A DNA stretch of 64,000 bases from Phaeosaccion multiseriatum (Eukaryota; Protista; Ochrophyta, other classes), in NCBI GenBank assembly GCA_965112735.1, contig OZ218963.1, positions 248,001 to 312,000 of the forward strand. The letters are read 5' to 3'. Positions 13,201-42,034 of the stretch are shown one piece after another. Below the pieces are notes generated by a model. It was not told the DNA's origin. It ran no database searches and was given only the letters and a program-made list of their open reading frames with translations. Both the position numbers and the translations under genes were made by a program. Position 1 is the stretch's first letter. Every line of letters begins with the position of its first letter.

Positions 13201-14540
13201 CCGCAGCAGGCGAGCCTCCTGCTGTATCACCAACTGATCCTCCTTCTGTTCCATGTGTCACTGGTGCTGTTACCACATGATTGAGAGCCCCCTGCCTTGA
13301 GCTGCCGTTCTTTCGTTGGTCACTGCTACTGCCACTGCCCCTACTGCTACTGCTACCGCCACTAGCGTCAATGCTACTAGCCCTACTGCTGGCAGCAGCC
13401 GCAGCACCAGCAGCAGCAGCAGCAGAAGAAGAAGAAGAAGAAGAAGAAGAAGAAGAAGAAGCAGCAGCAGCAGAAGCAGGGTCGTGCGGGTCCTCTCCCA
13501 TTCCGTGGCCGTGGCGTGCGCTACTGGAAGAGGCCAATGCCCCTCCGATCCCGGAGGCGCCTGCTGCAGGGTAGAAATGCAGTGGGGAAGGGAGGAGGAG
13601 GAAAGGGGAAGAAGAAGAAGAAGAAGAAGAAGAAGAAGAAGAAGAAGAAGAAGAAGAAGAAGAAGAAGAAGAAGAAGAAGGATAGGCGTGAGGGCGACAG
13701 GCAATGCCGAAGACAAGGGTCCGTCTCTCTGTCTCACTCATGCTGCTCACAGGCTCGGAGTGCGCCAACAAGTAAGCCTCCTACCAAGGTGTATGTATAA
13801 GGGTAGCAGTGCTCGTGGGCCTGACCCTCTGAGGAGTCCATCCGCAGCCATCCGCCTCCCACCCAGCCCTCTGCAGCGCCGCTGCAGCCCCCTTTCTCCA
13901 AGGACCTACCTGGCAGCCATCCTCCCTCGCGCCCTGATCCTGCTCCTGACGCCGCCGCCCTCGGCCTCATCCGCCTCCGCTCTCTCTCCCTCCCTCCGCT
14001 GGGGTCTATGCATTGCCAAGACTGTTCTCCCTTGTGTCGCTGCTGTATCACCGACTGCTGCTGCTGTCGACATTGCCCGGTGCCTGCTACTGCTCCGGGG
14101 ACAAAGGCCAAGCACGAATGTGCCTGTGCCTGGGCTGGCCTTGAGCTCGTCCGTCCATGCCAGGGTCCTCCTGTGGGTCTCTTCCTTGCCCATAAACCCC
14201 CGCCTTCTCCTCCTCCTGCCCTCCTTTCCTCCCGGCGGTGCGCAACAGCCTCCATGTGGGTGACCGCTTCTGCGGTACCGACCTCACCGAGCACCGCAAC
14301 CACAGAGGAAACTGCCACTACCACAGACTTTGTGAGGGAAGGGCCGTGACGTCTTCCTCCGGGTTTGTCAACGCTCTCCTCCACTCCTGCTCCTGCTCCT
14401 ACCCCCCCATCTGATGCTGAAGGCGAATGTGTCGTTGGCGAGACTCCACGTGTCCTCTCCACTCCATTCTGGTGCGACGCCCAGTGCACGGAAGAGTGCA
14501 TGCCGTAGCCCTCGCTACACATTGAAGGAAGAGGGGACAT
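7304..14540 (-). CDS. Pentatricopeptide repeat (PPR) protein, ~10 exons; start codon uncertain (N-terminal exon ~13750-14540 inferred)
   Basis: Many ~35-aa PPR motifs: [125 protein letters not shown]. Last exon ends at the 7304 stop. Confidence 0.9.
7595..8041. repeat. Compound (CA)n microsatellite with an internal ~230-bp block duplication (PPR intron)
   Basis: atgcccacacacgcgcgtacacac... occurs at ~7687 and ~7921; aagcagatacc at 7621 and 7831. Confidence 0.9.
10640..10835. repeat. Intronic compound minisatellite (gagagaagtgcggacagacaacacgacca x3, then gagaccaccagggg x5-6)
   Basis: Directly visible. Confidence 0.85.
11905..12340. repeat. ~52-62-bp purine-rich minisatellite x~8 in a PPR intron
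   Basis: Unit gcatacagagagagagagggagaggagggagcaggacagagggggggtgtgt. Confidence 0.9.
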
Positions 14541-14882
14541 GATCTCTGAGTTGCATGCAACAACAAGACACAACCAGAGCGGAGGACGAGGAATACCAGA
14601 TCAGATGCCTGCCTCGTCCCCCCTAGCTCTCTTGTCTTCTGTGCAGATGCTACTCCGCCGCGTTACTCCCCGCCTGCGAGCTGTGTGTGTGTTTGAGGGG
14701 GTGGGATGGGATGCGTTTGGCCGGGGTCCTTGAGCTGCCATCGATCTGCCATCTGTGATAGGCCCTGGCCCTCTGATTCCACCACCACTGACTTACTGCC
14801 GTTTCGGTTGGGGCTGGGGGGAAGGAATCTGAATCTACAGCGTAATTCCAAGGCTTGCTTGCTTGCTTACGGCGGTGAAGAC

Positions 14883-23864
<8,982 letters not shown>

Positions 23865-24385
23865 GGCGGAGGAGTGGGGCGGAGGACAGCTTCAGTCCGT
23901 TATCGCCCACCGCTTGGGCCCTCATCCTCACTCGGAAAGGCTGGCCTTCATCCGCATCATGTCGTGACTCATGAAGTACATTGGCCGTTGCGCTGTGCCC
24001 ACACCGGAGGAGGATGCAGGCGTGTGGGGAGGGGCACACATCAGTTGTGGGGAGTCTAGGGTCTGCCCATGCCAACGTTGACGTTGACGATAACGTTGAC
24101 GTTAACGTTGACATTAGCGTTGATCGTCATGTATGTGAGGACGGATCTGCTCTCATGCTGGCGTGTGGGGAGGGGTACCCTTCAGTTGGGAGCAGCTCAT
24201 CTCCTTAAAGGAAGCCAAGCTTGAATGCCACTGACACACAGCTCTGTGGGTGGACTGCGTTAATAATCACTTCGTACTATAATAACAATGTGTGCGGCAC
24301 TTGACGGTCGTGTGGACGTCGACACGACCCTTTTGCGTGCAAGGTGTGACCTTGACGCTCGCAGCACAGCATCCCAACCGAACTC

Positions 24386-24932
24386 TGATGGTGGTGATGG
24401 TGGTGATGGTGGTGAGTGTGGTGATGGTGGTGAGTGTGGTGAATGTGGTGAGTGTGGTGATGGTGGTGATGGTGGTGATGGTGGTGAGTGTGGTGAGTGT
24501 GGTGATGGTGGTGATGGTGGTGAGTGTGGTGAGTGTGGTGATGGTGGTGATGGTGGTGATGGTGGTGAGTATGGTGATGGTGGTGAGTGTGGTGAGTGTG
24601 GTGATGGTGGTGAGTGTGGTGAGTGTGGTGATGGTGGTGATGGTGGTGATGGTGGTGATGGTGGTGAGTGTGGTGAGTGTGATGATGGTGGTGATGGTGG
24701 TGATGGTGGTGAGTATGGTGATGGTGGTGAGTGTGGTGAGTGTGGTGATGGTGGTGATGGTGGTGACGGTGGTGATGGTGGTGATGGTGGTGACGGTGGT
24801 GATGGTGGTGATGGTGGTGATGGTGGTGATGGTGGTGAGTGTGGTGATGGTGGTGATGGAGGTGAGTGTGGTGATGGTGGTGATGGTGGTGATGGTGGTG
24901 ATGGTGGTGATGGTGGTGATGGTGGTGAGTGT
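24386..24932. repeat. 9-bp-period minisatellite (GATGGTGGT / GAGTGTGGT)
   Basis: Directly visible; open in several frames; coding status unknown. Confidence 0.9.
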
Positions 24933-25626
24933 GCTGTCGGTAAGGCGGCTGCGGAAGTGGGGCAAGATGACTGCCAACCCGAGGCTGCTACGCTCCTCAG
25001 GGAAGAGACTTCCGCCAGAGCCGAGAGACAACTTCAACTACAACTTCAACTACAACTTCAACTGGTACAGAGGCAGCAGCGGGGCCCTCCTCTGCAAAAA
25101 GACCGGCCAACAAGCGAGTGCGATGAGCAAAGTCGTGAGAATGACGCCGCATGTAGCGTAGCTCAGCTCAGCTCGCCTCGTCTCCCTTTCCGCAAAGCAA
25201 AGGAGTGAATCGAGCGGTGGACAGAGCTCGATTCAAGGGGCAGGCGAGCAGGGAGGAGAGGGAGAGAAGGAGAGAGAGGGGAAGGGAGGGAGAGGGGTGG
25301 AGAGAACGAGAGAGGGGGAGAAAGGGGGGGGGGTAGAGGGAGGCGGGCGTGGTATGCCTTCAGATGCCATCAGCGGCAGGCACTGCAGTCGTCGCCAAGC
25401 CTTGCCAGCCCCCCTCTCGCTCCACCCCTGGTCCCTCCCTCCCTCCCTCCCTCCCTCCCTCCCTCCCTCCCTCCCTCCCTCCCTCCCTCCTCGCTTTCTC
25501 CTCCTGCTCGCCCCGAGTGGGAGCCGTCCCGGCACTGCCGTTTAGTTTCAGGTTATTTCTTCAAACTTACCATACCATCAATACACTCTTCGACCCTACC
25601 CACCCATCCACCTCATACTCCATACG

Positions 25627-26330
25627 CCATACCCTATCGAAAGTCATAGTCACGAAGGTCATACCCGTAGGGCAGCACTCGCCATACCCTATCGACAGTC
25701 ATAGTCACGAAGGTCATACCCATAGGGCAGCACTCGCCATACCCTATCGACAGTCATAGTCATGAAGGTCATACCCATAGGGCAGCACTCGCCATACCCT
25801 ATCGACAGTCATAGTCACGAAGGTCATACCCGTAGGGCAGCACTCGCCATACCCTATCGACAGTCATAGTCACGAAGGTCATACCCGTAGGGCAGCACTC
25901 GCCATACCCTATCGACAGTCATAGTCACGAAGTCATACCCATAGGGCAGCACGCCATACCCTAGGTCATAACGAAGGTCATACCCGTAGGGCAGCACTCG
26001 CCATACCCTATCGACAGTCATAGTCACGAAGGTCATACCCGTAGGGCAGCACTCGCCATACCCTATCGACAGTCATAGTCACGAAGGTCATACCCATAGG
26101 GCAGCACTCGCCATACCCTATCGACAGTCATAGTCACGAAGGTCATACCCATAGGGCAGCACTCGCCATACCCTATCGACAGTCATAGTCACGAAGGTCA
26201 TACCCGTAGGGCAGCACTCGCCATTCCCTATCGACAGTCATAATCACGAAGGTCATACCCGTAGGGCAGCACTCGCCATACCCTATCGACAGTCATAGTC
26301 ACGAAGGTCATACCCATAGGGCAGCACTCG
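25627..26330. repeat. 55-bp tandem repeat x13 derived from the last codons and stop of the sulfotransferase gene
   Basis: Unit ccataccctatcgacagtcatagtcacgaaggtcataccc(g/a)tagggcagcactcg starts at 25627, 25682, 25737, 25792, 25847, 25902 (52 bp), 25954 (47 bp), 26001, 26056, 26111, 26166, 26221, 26276. Confidence 0.95.
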
Positions 26331-29300
26331 CGCGTTGAGCTTTGCCACGAGGCGCCCATAGGGCAGCACTCGCGCGTTGAGCTTTGCCACGAGGCGCCCA
26401 TGCTTGCGTCTCTCCTCCTCCGAGCGCCGGAGGGCCAGGCAGTAAGAGCGATGGTACTTGGAGTTGGGGTCCGGAAGGATACCCAACAGAGACTGCCCGT
26501 CGTGTGCGTGTTTTTGCGCAGTCGTGTAGTCGTTGGGGAGGTTGGGGGTGTGGTGGGGGTGTGGTTTGGGTGTGGTTTGGGTGTGGTTTGTCGTCAACGT
26601 GGTGATGACGATCCATGGACGAGCAGGGGAGAGGAGAGGAGAGAAGAGAAGAGAAGAGAAGAGCAGAGCAGAGAGGGCGTGGAATGAATCGACAGGCGAA
26701 CGGTATGCCGCAAGGGGGAGCGAACGGGCGTGGAGTGCGGGAGGGCGGGGGGGGGAGGATGGAAAGGCGTGCACTGAAGTGAGTGATCATTGGAGCAATG
26801 CCATTTCACCACTTGGGTCAGAAGAAAAGAGGGATTGACTGGCGGGTCCCTGCGCGGCCCTCCTCAGACAGAGAGAGAGAGACGCACACACACAAAGAGA
26901 AAGAGAGACATAGAGATCAAGACATAACACACTCATATATATACATGGACACACACATCAACACCAACACACACACATACATACACACAGAGAGAGAGAG
27001 AGAGAGAGACAGGGAGAGAGAGATGCAGAGACTGGGCGAGGTCTGGTCTCCGGTCTCACCTCCTCTGAGAGTGCGAAGGGCGGGAGTCCCAGCCACTCAA
27101 AGAGTTCCGCCACGTGGTGCTGCGGCTCTTTGACGAAGTCCTCGAGCCGTACCAAGTGCGAGTGAGCAAGGCTGTCCATGTCTCGAGTCATTATCTCGTG
27201 GCTCGCCTGACAAGATGGGAGTGTGTGTGTGTGTGGGGGGGGGTGTGTAGCTAGGCTTAGCTTCGGCTGACTGAGGATGATGAAGGAAGGTGCTTCGAAC
27301 GTTCTGTAAGGAGTGGACCCCAGTTGTTGCCAGTTGTGGCAAGGGGGGCGGGGGGGGGGACTTACCACCCAATGCAGCACGAGATCGAAGGTGTTGACGC
27401 CTTCCGTTGGATCGAGCCACTTTCCAAGACGGTTGGTGGTACGGGAAGGGTGAATCACAGGGGTGTGGAACGAAGTGAGATAAGGAGGGTGGGGGTCAAG
27501 GAGAGGTGCGGTGTCACTGACTTGGAACGGAGGTAAGCCCTTCCTGCTCGCCTCCACCACACACACACACACACACGTACACACACGTACACACGCATCA
27601 AAAGTAAAGCATTCCCTCTCTATCGCCAACACGCTCACACACACACACACACACACACACCCACACACACCCACACCCACACACACAAACCCACACACCC
27701 ACACACACACACACACCTGGCCCAGGGCGAGGGCGTGAGCAATGGGGTGCCTCGACACGAAGAGGAACTTGGCCTTGGTCTCTCCGCCCCCCTGGGACGA
27801 CAGCCCCCCCGGGGACGACAGGCCCGGCGTGAACATTCTCTGCAGGAAGCGGCTAACAATCATATTGGGAGGGCTCTTCTCCAGCAGCACCACCTCCTCT
27901 CCCATGTGGACTGGCCCGCTCGCCCCTCCATCTCCCACCCCTCCCTCCTCCTTCTGTTGCTTGTGCTGCTCCTCCTGCTCGTCCTGCTGCCTCGGCCGCT
28001 GCTCCTCCTGCTGCTGCAAGAGGGAGATGAGCGTTCCTACCAGCTTGCCTCCCTTGCCCAGGCCCAGCCCCCAGTAAAAGCCCCACTCGTTCATCATCAC
28101 GCGTTGGTTCTCCACCGTGCACAGCTCGCTCTCCTCCGTCAAGTGGTGAGCGGGGTGGAAAGCATACTTGCCCAGCCCTACTAGCCCCCTCTCCTCCGAG
28201 CCGTCGACCCCCCCCACCTTCCTCTTCTGCTGCTTGAGTTTGAGTAGACCGGGGCTGGCCATACCCCCGCCTCCTTTCTGAGACATGCCCGATACATCCT
28301 CCCCTCCTATGCCCATGTGTGGATAGACTGATTGGAGGAACTGTCCCTCGCTAAAGTCTGCTCCGATGTTGTCTGCGAAGCCACGGATGGAGGGGTGTTG
28401 CCGTAGGCTGTAGTAGAGAGGGTGTTTGTTGCACAAGTTGTTTTATCGTCCGAAGGGAAGGGGGATAATCGAGAAAATCAGAGGAGAGGGGTGAGTGAAT
28501 GAGAGTGGGAGGGACGGGTGTTTGATTCCCTGCAGAAGGCACTCACTGCCTACATGGGTGGGGGATAAGATGCATAGAGGTATAGAGGAGGTATAGAGGT
28601 ATAGAGGTATAGAGGTATAGAGGAGGTATAGAGGTATAGAGGAGATATAGAGGTATAGAGGTATAGAGGTATAGAGGTATAGAGGTACAGAGGTATAGAG
28701 GAGATATAGAGATATAGAGGTATAGAGGTATAGAGGTATAGAGATATAGAGGTATAGAGGAGATATAGAGGTATAGAGGTATAGAGGTATAGAGGTATAG
28801 AGGTATAGAGGTATAGAGGAGATATAGAGATATAGAGATATAGAGGTATAGAGGAGGTATAGAGATACAGAGGTATAGAGGAGGTATAGAGGTATAGAGG
28901 TATAGAGGAGATATAGAGGTATAGAGGTATAGAGGAGGTATAGAGGTATAGAGGTATAGAGGAGGTATAGAAGTATAGAGGATAGAGGTATGGAGGTTAG
29001 CGGTGGTGTCTCATGTGATGAGGGCTGACTCCCTTCGAAAGCTGCCCCTCGCAACAAGTCAGCAAAGCAGTGCATGCATGCCTGCAATCGTTCGCAACCC
29101 ACCCCACCGCACTGACCTTCTCCATACTATTGTGGTGCCACCTCTGTGAGGCCCCCCAATGAAGAGGAAGGAGTGATTGGAGATGATGGCGTCTACCTCC
29201 GGCTCGGTAAGGCTCAGAGTCTTGAAGCTCTTGGGTAGCAGATACAGGGGCCCAAGCCGATATGCCATATACAGGGAGAAGAGCACCACGGGCTGCGGGG

Positions 29301-29804
29301 AAGGGGTGGAGGGCGAGAGAGGTGGGAAAGGGAGGGGGAGGGATGGGGGCATTGAGCAAAGTGAACAGTAGGGAAGGTGAAAAGAGTCCTATAAGAGCTC
29401 CAAAGACATGCGAGATAGGCAGAGGGGGGGGGGGAAAGACGCCTCAAAAGACACAGCACTGACGTCGAAGCGCGGCTGCATCGAGGAGGGGGAGAGCGAA
29501 TGGGAGCAACGAGGACACAAGTGGCACAAGGGCCTTACTGATATGGCAGAGCACTTCTCGTGACAGGAAGGATTGTGGGGGGCAGACATGGATGGGAGCG
29601 ACTCGGAGGCGCTCGCGAAGGATTGCAATCAGAGCCCTGTGTACGCACCAATGATACCATGCTCAACACGAAGAGGACCATTAGGAAGCTTCCTTTCTTC
29701 TTCTCCTCGTCCTCTTCCTCCTCCTCGTCATCGTCATCATCCTGCTCGGATGCGTCTGAGGTCTCAGGTGAAGGTTGCTCGTCGGCTTGCCTTCTGCGCC
29801 TCAT
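26283..29804 (-). CDS. Type II membrane sulfotransferase (Sulfotransfer_3 / TPST-like fold), 6 exons
   Basis: N-terminal acidic tail and TM segment. 5'-PSB motif FLFIGGPHRGGTT followed by LRQHP. VLLEKSPPN, 3'-PB KFLFVSRHP, LVRLEDFVKEPQ...LFEWLGL. C-terminus ...PYGYDLRDYDCR*. Confidence 0.88.
28575..28992. repeat. (TATAGAGG)n 8-bp minisatellite in a sulfotransferase intron
   Basis: Directly visible. Confidence 0.95.
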
Positions 29805-30252
29805 CGTGCTTGCACGCACAACCTTTTTTTTTCTTTTCTTTTTTTTATTCTAGCTGCTGTTGCTGCTGCTGCTTCTGCTCTGTTACTGCTACTGCTCCTG
29901 CCGCTGCTTCCTGACAGCAAGAAGTGTGAGAGACGACAGGTGGGGGGAGGAAAGCCTTTGCAAAGCAAAAGCCTTGTAAATGGGAAATTCCCAGAAATTC
30001 CCCCCCGCTTCGTTCGCATCGCCAGCTGTGATTTGGGGTGAATGGTTCCCGCCTTGGCTGCTCACCGCCCCCGCCCTCGCAACACTGTTTCCACTCCTCT
30101 CCAAGAGGGAGACAATCCCCCTTGTTAGGGTTGGGTAGGCTGGTAGTGACTGCGGCAGGCAGGGCAGATGGAGGATGGAAGCAGGTGGCTTCCCAAGCAA
30201 GTATGTCCACTTGAAACTGCAAAGTGGTGCTACGCTTCACGGGCTCACGGGC

Positions 30253-30571
30253 TCACGCCCAGCTTCCCAGGGGGGTGTGGGGAGCGACTTCGGAATACGA
30301 AGAGGTGAAGCTTTCGTTTCCGTTGCCGCTGTGGAACAGGCTGAAAGAGGCACGGTAAGAGGGAGAGTATGGGCAGGCAGGCAGATGGCAGCAGAGGGCA
30401 CAGAGCACAAGAGTGGGAGGAGGAGAGAAGCAGGCAGGTTAGGCAAGTAGACAGGCAGGCACACGAGTAGAGAAGCAGAGAGCGGTCAGAGGCGGAGCGG
30501 GGAGGGGAGAAGAAAGAGCAGCCCAGCGGGCAGGGAGCAAGCGGGCGAGCAGGGAAAGCCAGCAAGCCGAT

Positions 30572-30611
<40 letters not shown>

Positions 30612-33055
30612 CAGTTTGGGAAAATATAACAGAGGGGCGGCAGTGAGAAGGGTTCGAATCACAGCACCTCTTTCTCTCCTCCTCGCCCTGCGCCTCACCC
30701 CCCCACACCCCCGCCCTCTCATTCTCTCACCGCCACATGCCTCCTCACACCCTCTCATTCTCTCATTCTCTCGCCCTGTCAGCCTTGTGCCCCCTCACCT
30801 CTTCACTCCCTCACTCTCCCACTCCCTCCCTCCCTCCCTCACCCATTCACCGTCTCACCCCCTCTGACCATCCCTCCCGTCACCTGGTCTGTTCCATATT
30901 CTTGACGAAGGAACCTGCATTCAGCGATCCTGACACCAAGTGCTGCTTCTCCACATGAAACGAAATGGCGGCCCCGCGCATCATGCTCAGCAGTACCGTT
31001 ACAGAAATGATGAGGAGGGTGGTGAGTAGCACACACACTATCGGACTGGTGAAGGCGCACCAGATGTAGCTCACGGCGCTGGCGTGGAAGGACACAAGGC
31101 CTGCTACGAAGAGGCGCACACAGATGGTCTGGTATTGAGCCTGGGCAGGGCAGGGCAGGGTGGAGGTGTATGGGGAAGGCAGGGTGGAGGTGTATGGGCA
31201 GGGCAGGACAGGGAAGAGGTACAATAGTATATGGACAGGACAGGGCATGCCAGAGCAGGAGCAGGGGCATCGGGGGGGAAGTGAGAAGAACGAAAGAAGG
31301 CGTCTCCCCTAAGGTCTTCCTCCCCTAGCTAAGCGTCTGCCCTTCGCCCCCTTCTCAATTTCGCTCTCCTTTGCAGCACTCCACTTCACCCCATGCCTTC
31401 CTCCTCGCCCCTCCTCTTCACTCCTTCTCTTCTCCCCTCCTCCTCCCCCCGCCTCCCTCCTTCCTCCACCCCCTCCCGCTCACCATCTTGTCCACCGAGT
31501 TTCTCATGGACCCCACAGGCCCTCTGAGCGCCAACCCTGTGCCCCAGAGTCTGCACACCGTGGCAAGCATCAGCACTGTGAGTTCAGTGCCCATGGCGAC
31601 CACCGTGGAGAAGTAGAAGAAGAGCACGAACAGAGTATTGGACTCGGAGCCCCTCAGCTGGGAGCGACGGCAGTGGATGGCAGGGAGGGAAGAAGGGAGG
31701 GAGGGAGGGAGGGAGGGAGGGAGGGAGGGAGAGAAGGGTGGAGGATGGTCCGCGTGAGTGGGTGCGCATGGGTATGAGTGGGTCTGAGTGGGTATGCGTG
31801 GGAAGGAGTGTGCGCGAGTAGGTGTAAGTGTGATGTGCGTAAGCATCCATGCGGGGCGGTGAGGCGTTACTTTTAGACAACCATAGATGGCTCTTAATAT
31901 ATATAATCGAAAAGCATCCATGCGAGGCTTTCCCTCCCTCACCTCGGTGTCCGTGTGGAAGAGGGCGGAGTAGGAAAAGCCCGCGAGCATTGACGCACAT
32001 GAGGCTGAAGAGAGAGAGAGAGAGAACATGCGTGTGTGCGCGCGACAAAACAGGGGAAGGGGGGGCGGAGGGAGGGCGGTGAGATGGCGTAATATATATA
32101 CACATAATATATATATATACATATATATATATAAACATATTTAAAACAAATATATATACTTTAGTGCCATCTATTGAGCGGCGGGTGTGCTCTATGGGGC
32201 ATAATGCACATGAGAAGGGCAAGTAGAGGCATATGGTTAGGGCAAATGCAGGCACTGGACCCCGTGGGAAAGCATGCCCAGAGAGAGGCATACCATACCG
32301 TGGGACAGAGGGTGGTGACCTTGGGGGGTGGCCGTAGTACCGCACAGGGGGAGCACTTCCATACACGCTCTCTGACAAGAGCGTCAGCCATCGTTAGCAA
32401 TCATAGCTAAGCAAGTTCTCGAACTCCTCAAACGACTTGCTTACTTACCGATGGTGCCTAGATTTGTGACGAAAAAGGTCATTCTGCGAGGGCGGGAGGG
32501 GGGAGGAGGTGGCGGCGAAATGGGACCCAAGAACAAGCAAAAGAGACGAGAGAGGGCAAAAAGGAAGCGATTAAGAAAAAGCGAGAGAGAAGAGAGAGGA
32601 CAAAGGCACCACGAACTGCACTCTGGTGTAACTGTTGCGTTTGTCACATGATGAAGTGTACAGTCCATCCTGTGGAGGGTTCTTGCAGCCACTTGACTTA
32701 CTCTTGGTTCTGGATGCCAATTGCCTGGGTGCGTATCGCAGGTGGGTAGGTAGGTAGGAACGTAGGCAGCCGTGGGCGTTCGTCCAATACACAGAAGAGG
32801 CGGAAGGAATGAGTCCAAGCGAGTAGCACCCACAACCGAGAGAAGGGGGTGTGAGCGAATCAATCAAGGGAGGGCAGCAGACCATGCAGAGAGGAGCCCA
32901 GGCAGCAGCAGGCGGTTCTCAAGGCGTCTGACTACTCTGGGGCGGGGCGGGCCCTTTGGCGAGTGCGAATCAGAGTCTGCTGCAAGGGGGATCCTCAGCG
33001 AGGACAAGCCGCTCACCTTCTTTTTGAGTTCACTCTCCAGCAGTTCTGAGGGCAT
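30253..33055 (-). CDS. Orai/CRAC-channel-like 4-TM protein, 7 short exons
   Basis: Spliced product MPSELLESELKKK|AIGIQNQE|MTFFVTNLGTIA|SCASMLAGFSYSALFHTDTE|LRGSESNTLFVLFFYFSTVVAMGTELTVLMLATVCRLWGTGLALRGPVGSMRNSVDKM|AQYQ...; LAGF TM1 motif and G.GLALRGP.GSM...V..M loop typical of stramenopile Orai-like proteins. All junctions are GT-AG with matching phase. Confidence 0.72.
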
Positions 33056-33364
33056 GTGGGAGGGGTGGCGGATCGGTGGCGGGTGGGGGGATGGGGAAAG
33101 GGGGATGAGGCGAAGCTCGGCGCAGCTCCTTCCAGTATATCTCTATAGAGGAGCTGCTCCTGAAGAGGAAAAGCCACGTCAATGCTGCCACTAACCTTTG
33201 TCAGCAGCGAGCATTGTGGCTGGCCAAGGGAGTCACCCAGATAAATCGATCAATAAAGAGGTATCTGTTATCTGTTTCTTCTCCTCCTCCAATGTCTCTA
33301 GACCTGCTTCTACTTCTACGATTGCTGCTGCTCCTCCTCCAGACCCTTCCCCTCCATAGACGCA

Positions 33365-41093
<7,729 letters not shown>

Positions 41094-42034
41094 CTCATAG
41101 CCAATAGGACCCGATGGTCTTCCCTCGTGGAGGAGGAACTTGGGGGAGCTTTTGCATAACGACACAAAGCGGGCAAAACAAGGTAGCAAAATCGTAGCAG
41201 CACCACTTTCAACAGTAGAAGAAGCAGCAGAAAAAGAAGAAGATGGCTAAGGAGAAAGTCTTCTCCTCCTCCTAATCACGGGAGGAATATATTGAGATTG
41301 TGAAATAACGGGACACGTGTTGGTGATATGTTCACAGTTGTCGCCTTCTCACCCATTTTGTTTTTCCTTCTCTTCCCTTTTTCCCGTTCTTTTCTATTTT
41401 TTTTTTATTTTATAACACTCGATTTGCGTAAAATCGCCCGATTTCCCCCTCAATAATTTTTTTGCACGTACTTCGGAAAATGACGCTGGGAGAAGCCCTA
41501 TAGCTCTGCGTGTAGCTCTTTGAGATCCCCACCGATCCATGGTCTTTCGGCTTTCATCGCCTCTTCCCTTCCGTAGTTGTCAGCATTTCCGCAGCAGCAC
41601 TCCCCTTGCCGCCCGACCCCCCCCCCGGACCGATTTGGGCGATTCTTACCACTTGACCTTTCCTTCCTCTTTAACGTTTATATGTGATACTTACATACAT
41701 GAACCCTAGCACTCCCTGCCGCCTGGCCCTCTTCTCCTCCTGTCAGCAGGTTGTCCACTTGTAAAGCAGCGTCTCACCCTCACCGCTGCCCACCAGCCAC
41801 ACACCGCGTGCCTGCCTGGCAACATGATTGCGTGCGTGCGTGCGTGTATGCGTGCGCGTGTGCGTGCGCGCGTGGCGTGCGTGCGTGCGTGTGCGCGTGC
41901 GTGCTGCATTCTCTCAAGAAATAATTTCGGACGAGCGCCACACACCAAAAAAAAAAAAAACTCGATCAACTCGATGGCAGCTAATGCGTAGTAAGTCACT
42001 CGGCCGTGGCCCCGTGGCATGGCAGCTGTAGTCA

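Noticed and set aside
24267-25208. Long ORFs with DGGECG / TTITTI / VVMVVM repeats
   Set aside because: A 9-bp stop-free minisatellite opens several frames at once. There is no independent evidence of coding, although a distal AGBL5 exon is not excluded.
25627-26330. CRISPR-like regular array
   Set aside because: Units are contiguous near-identical 55-mers with no unique spacers, no cas genes are present, and the unit derives from a gene's C-terminus.
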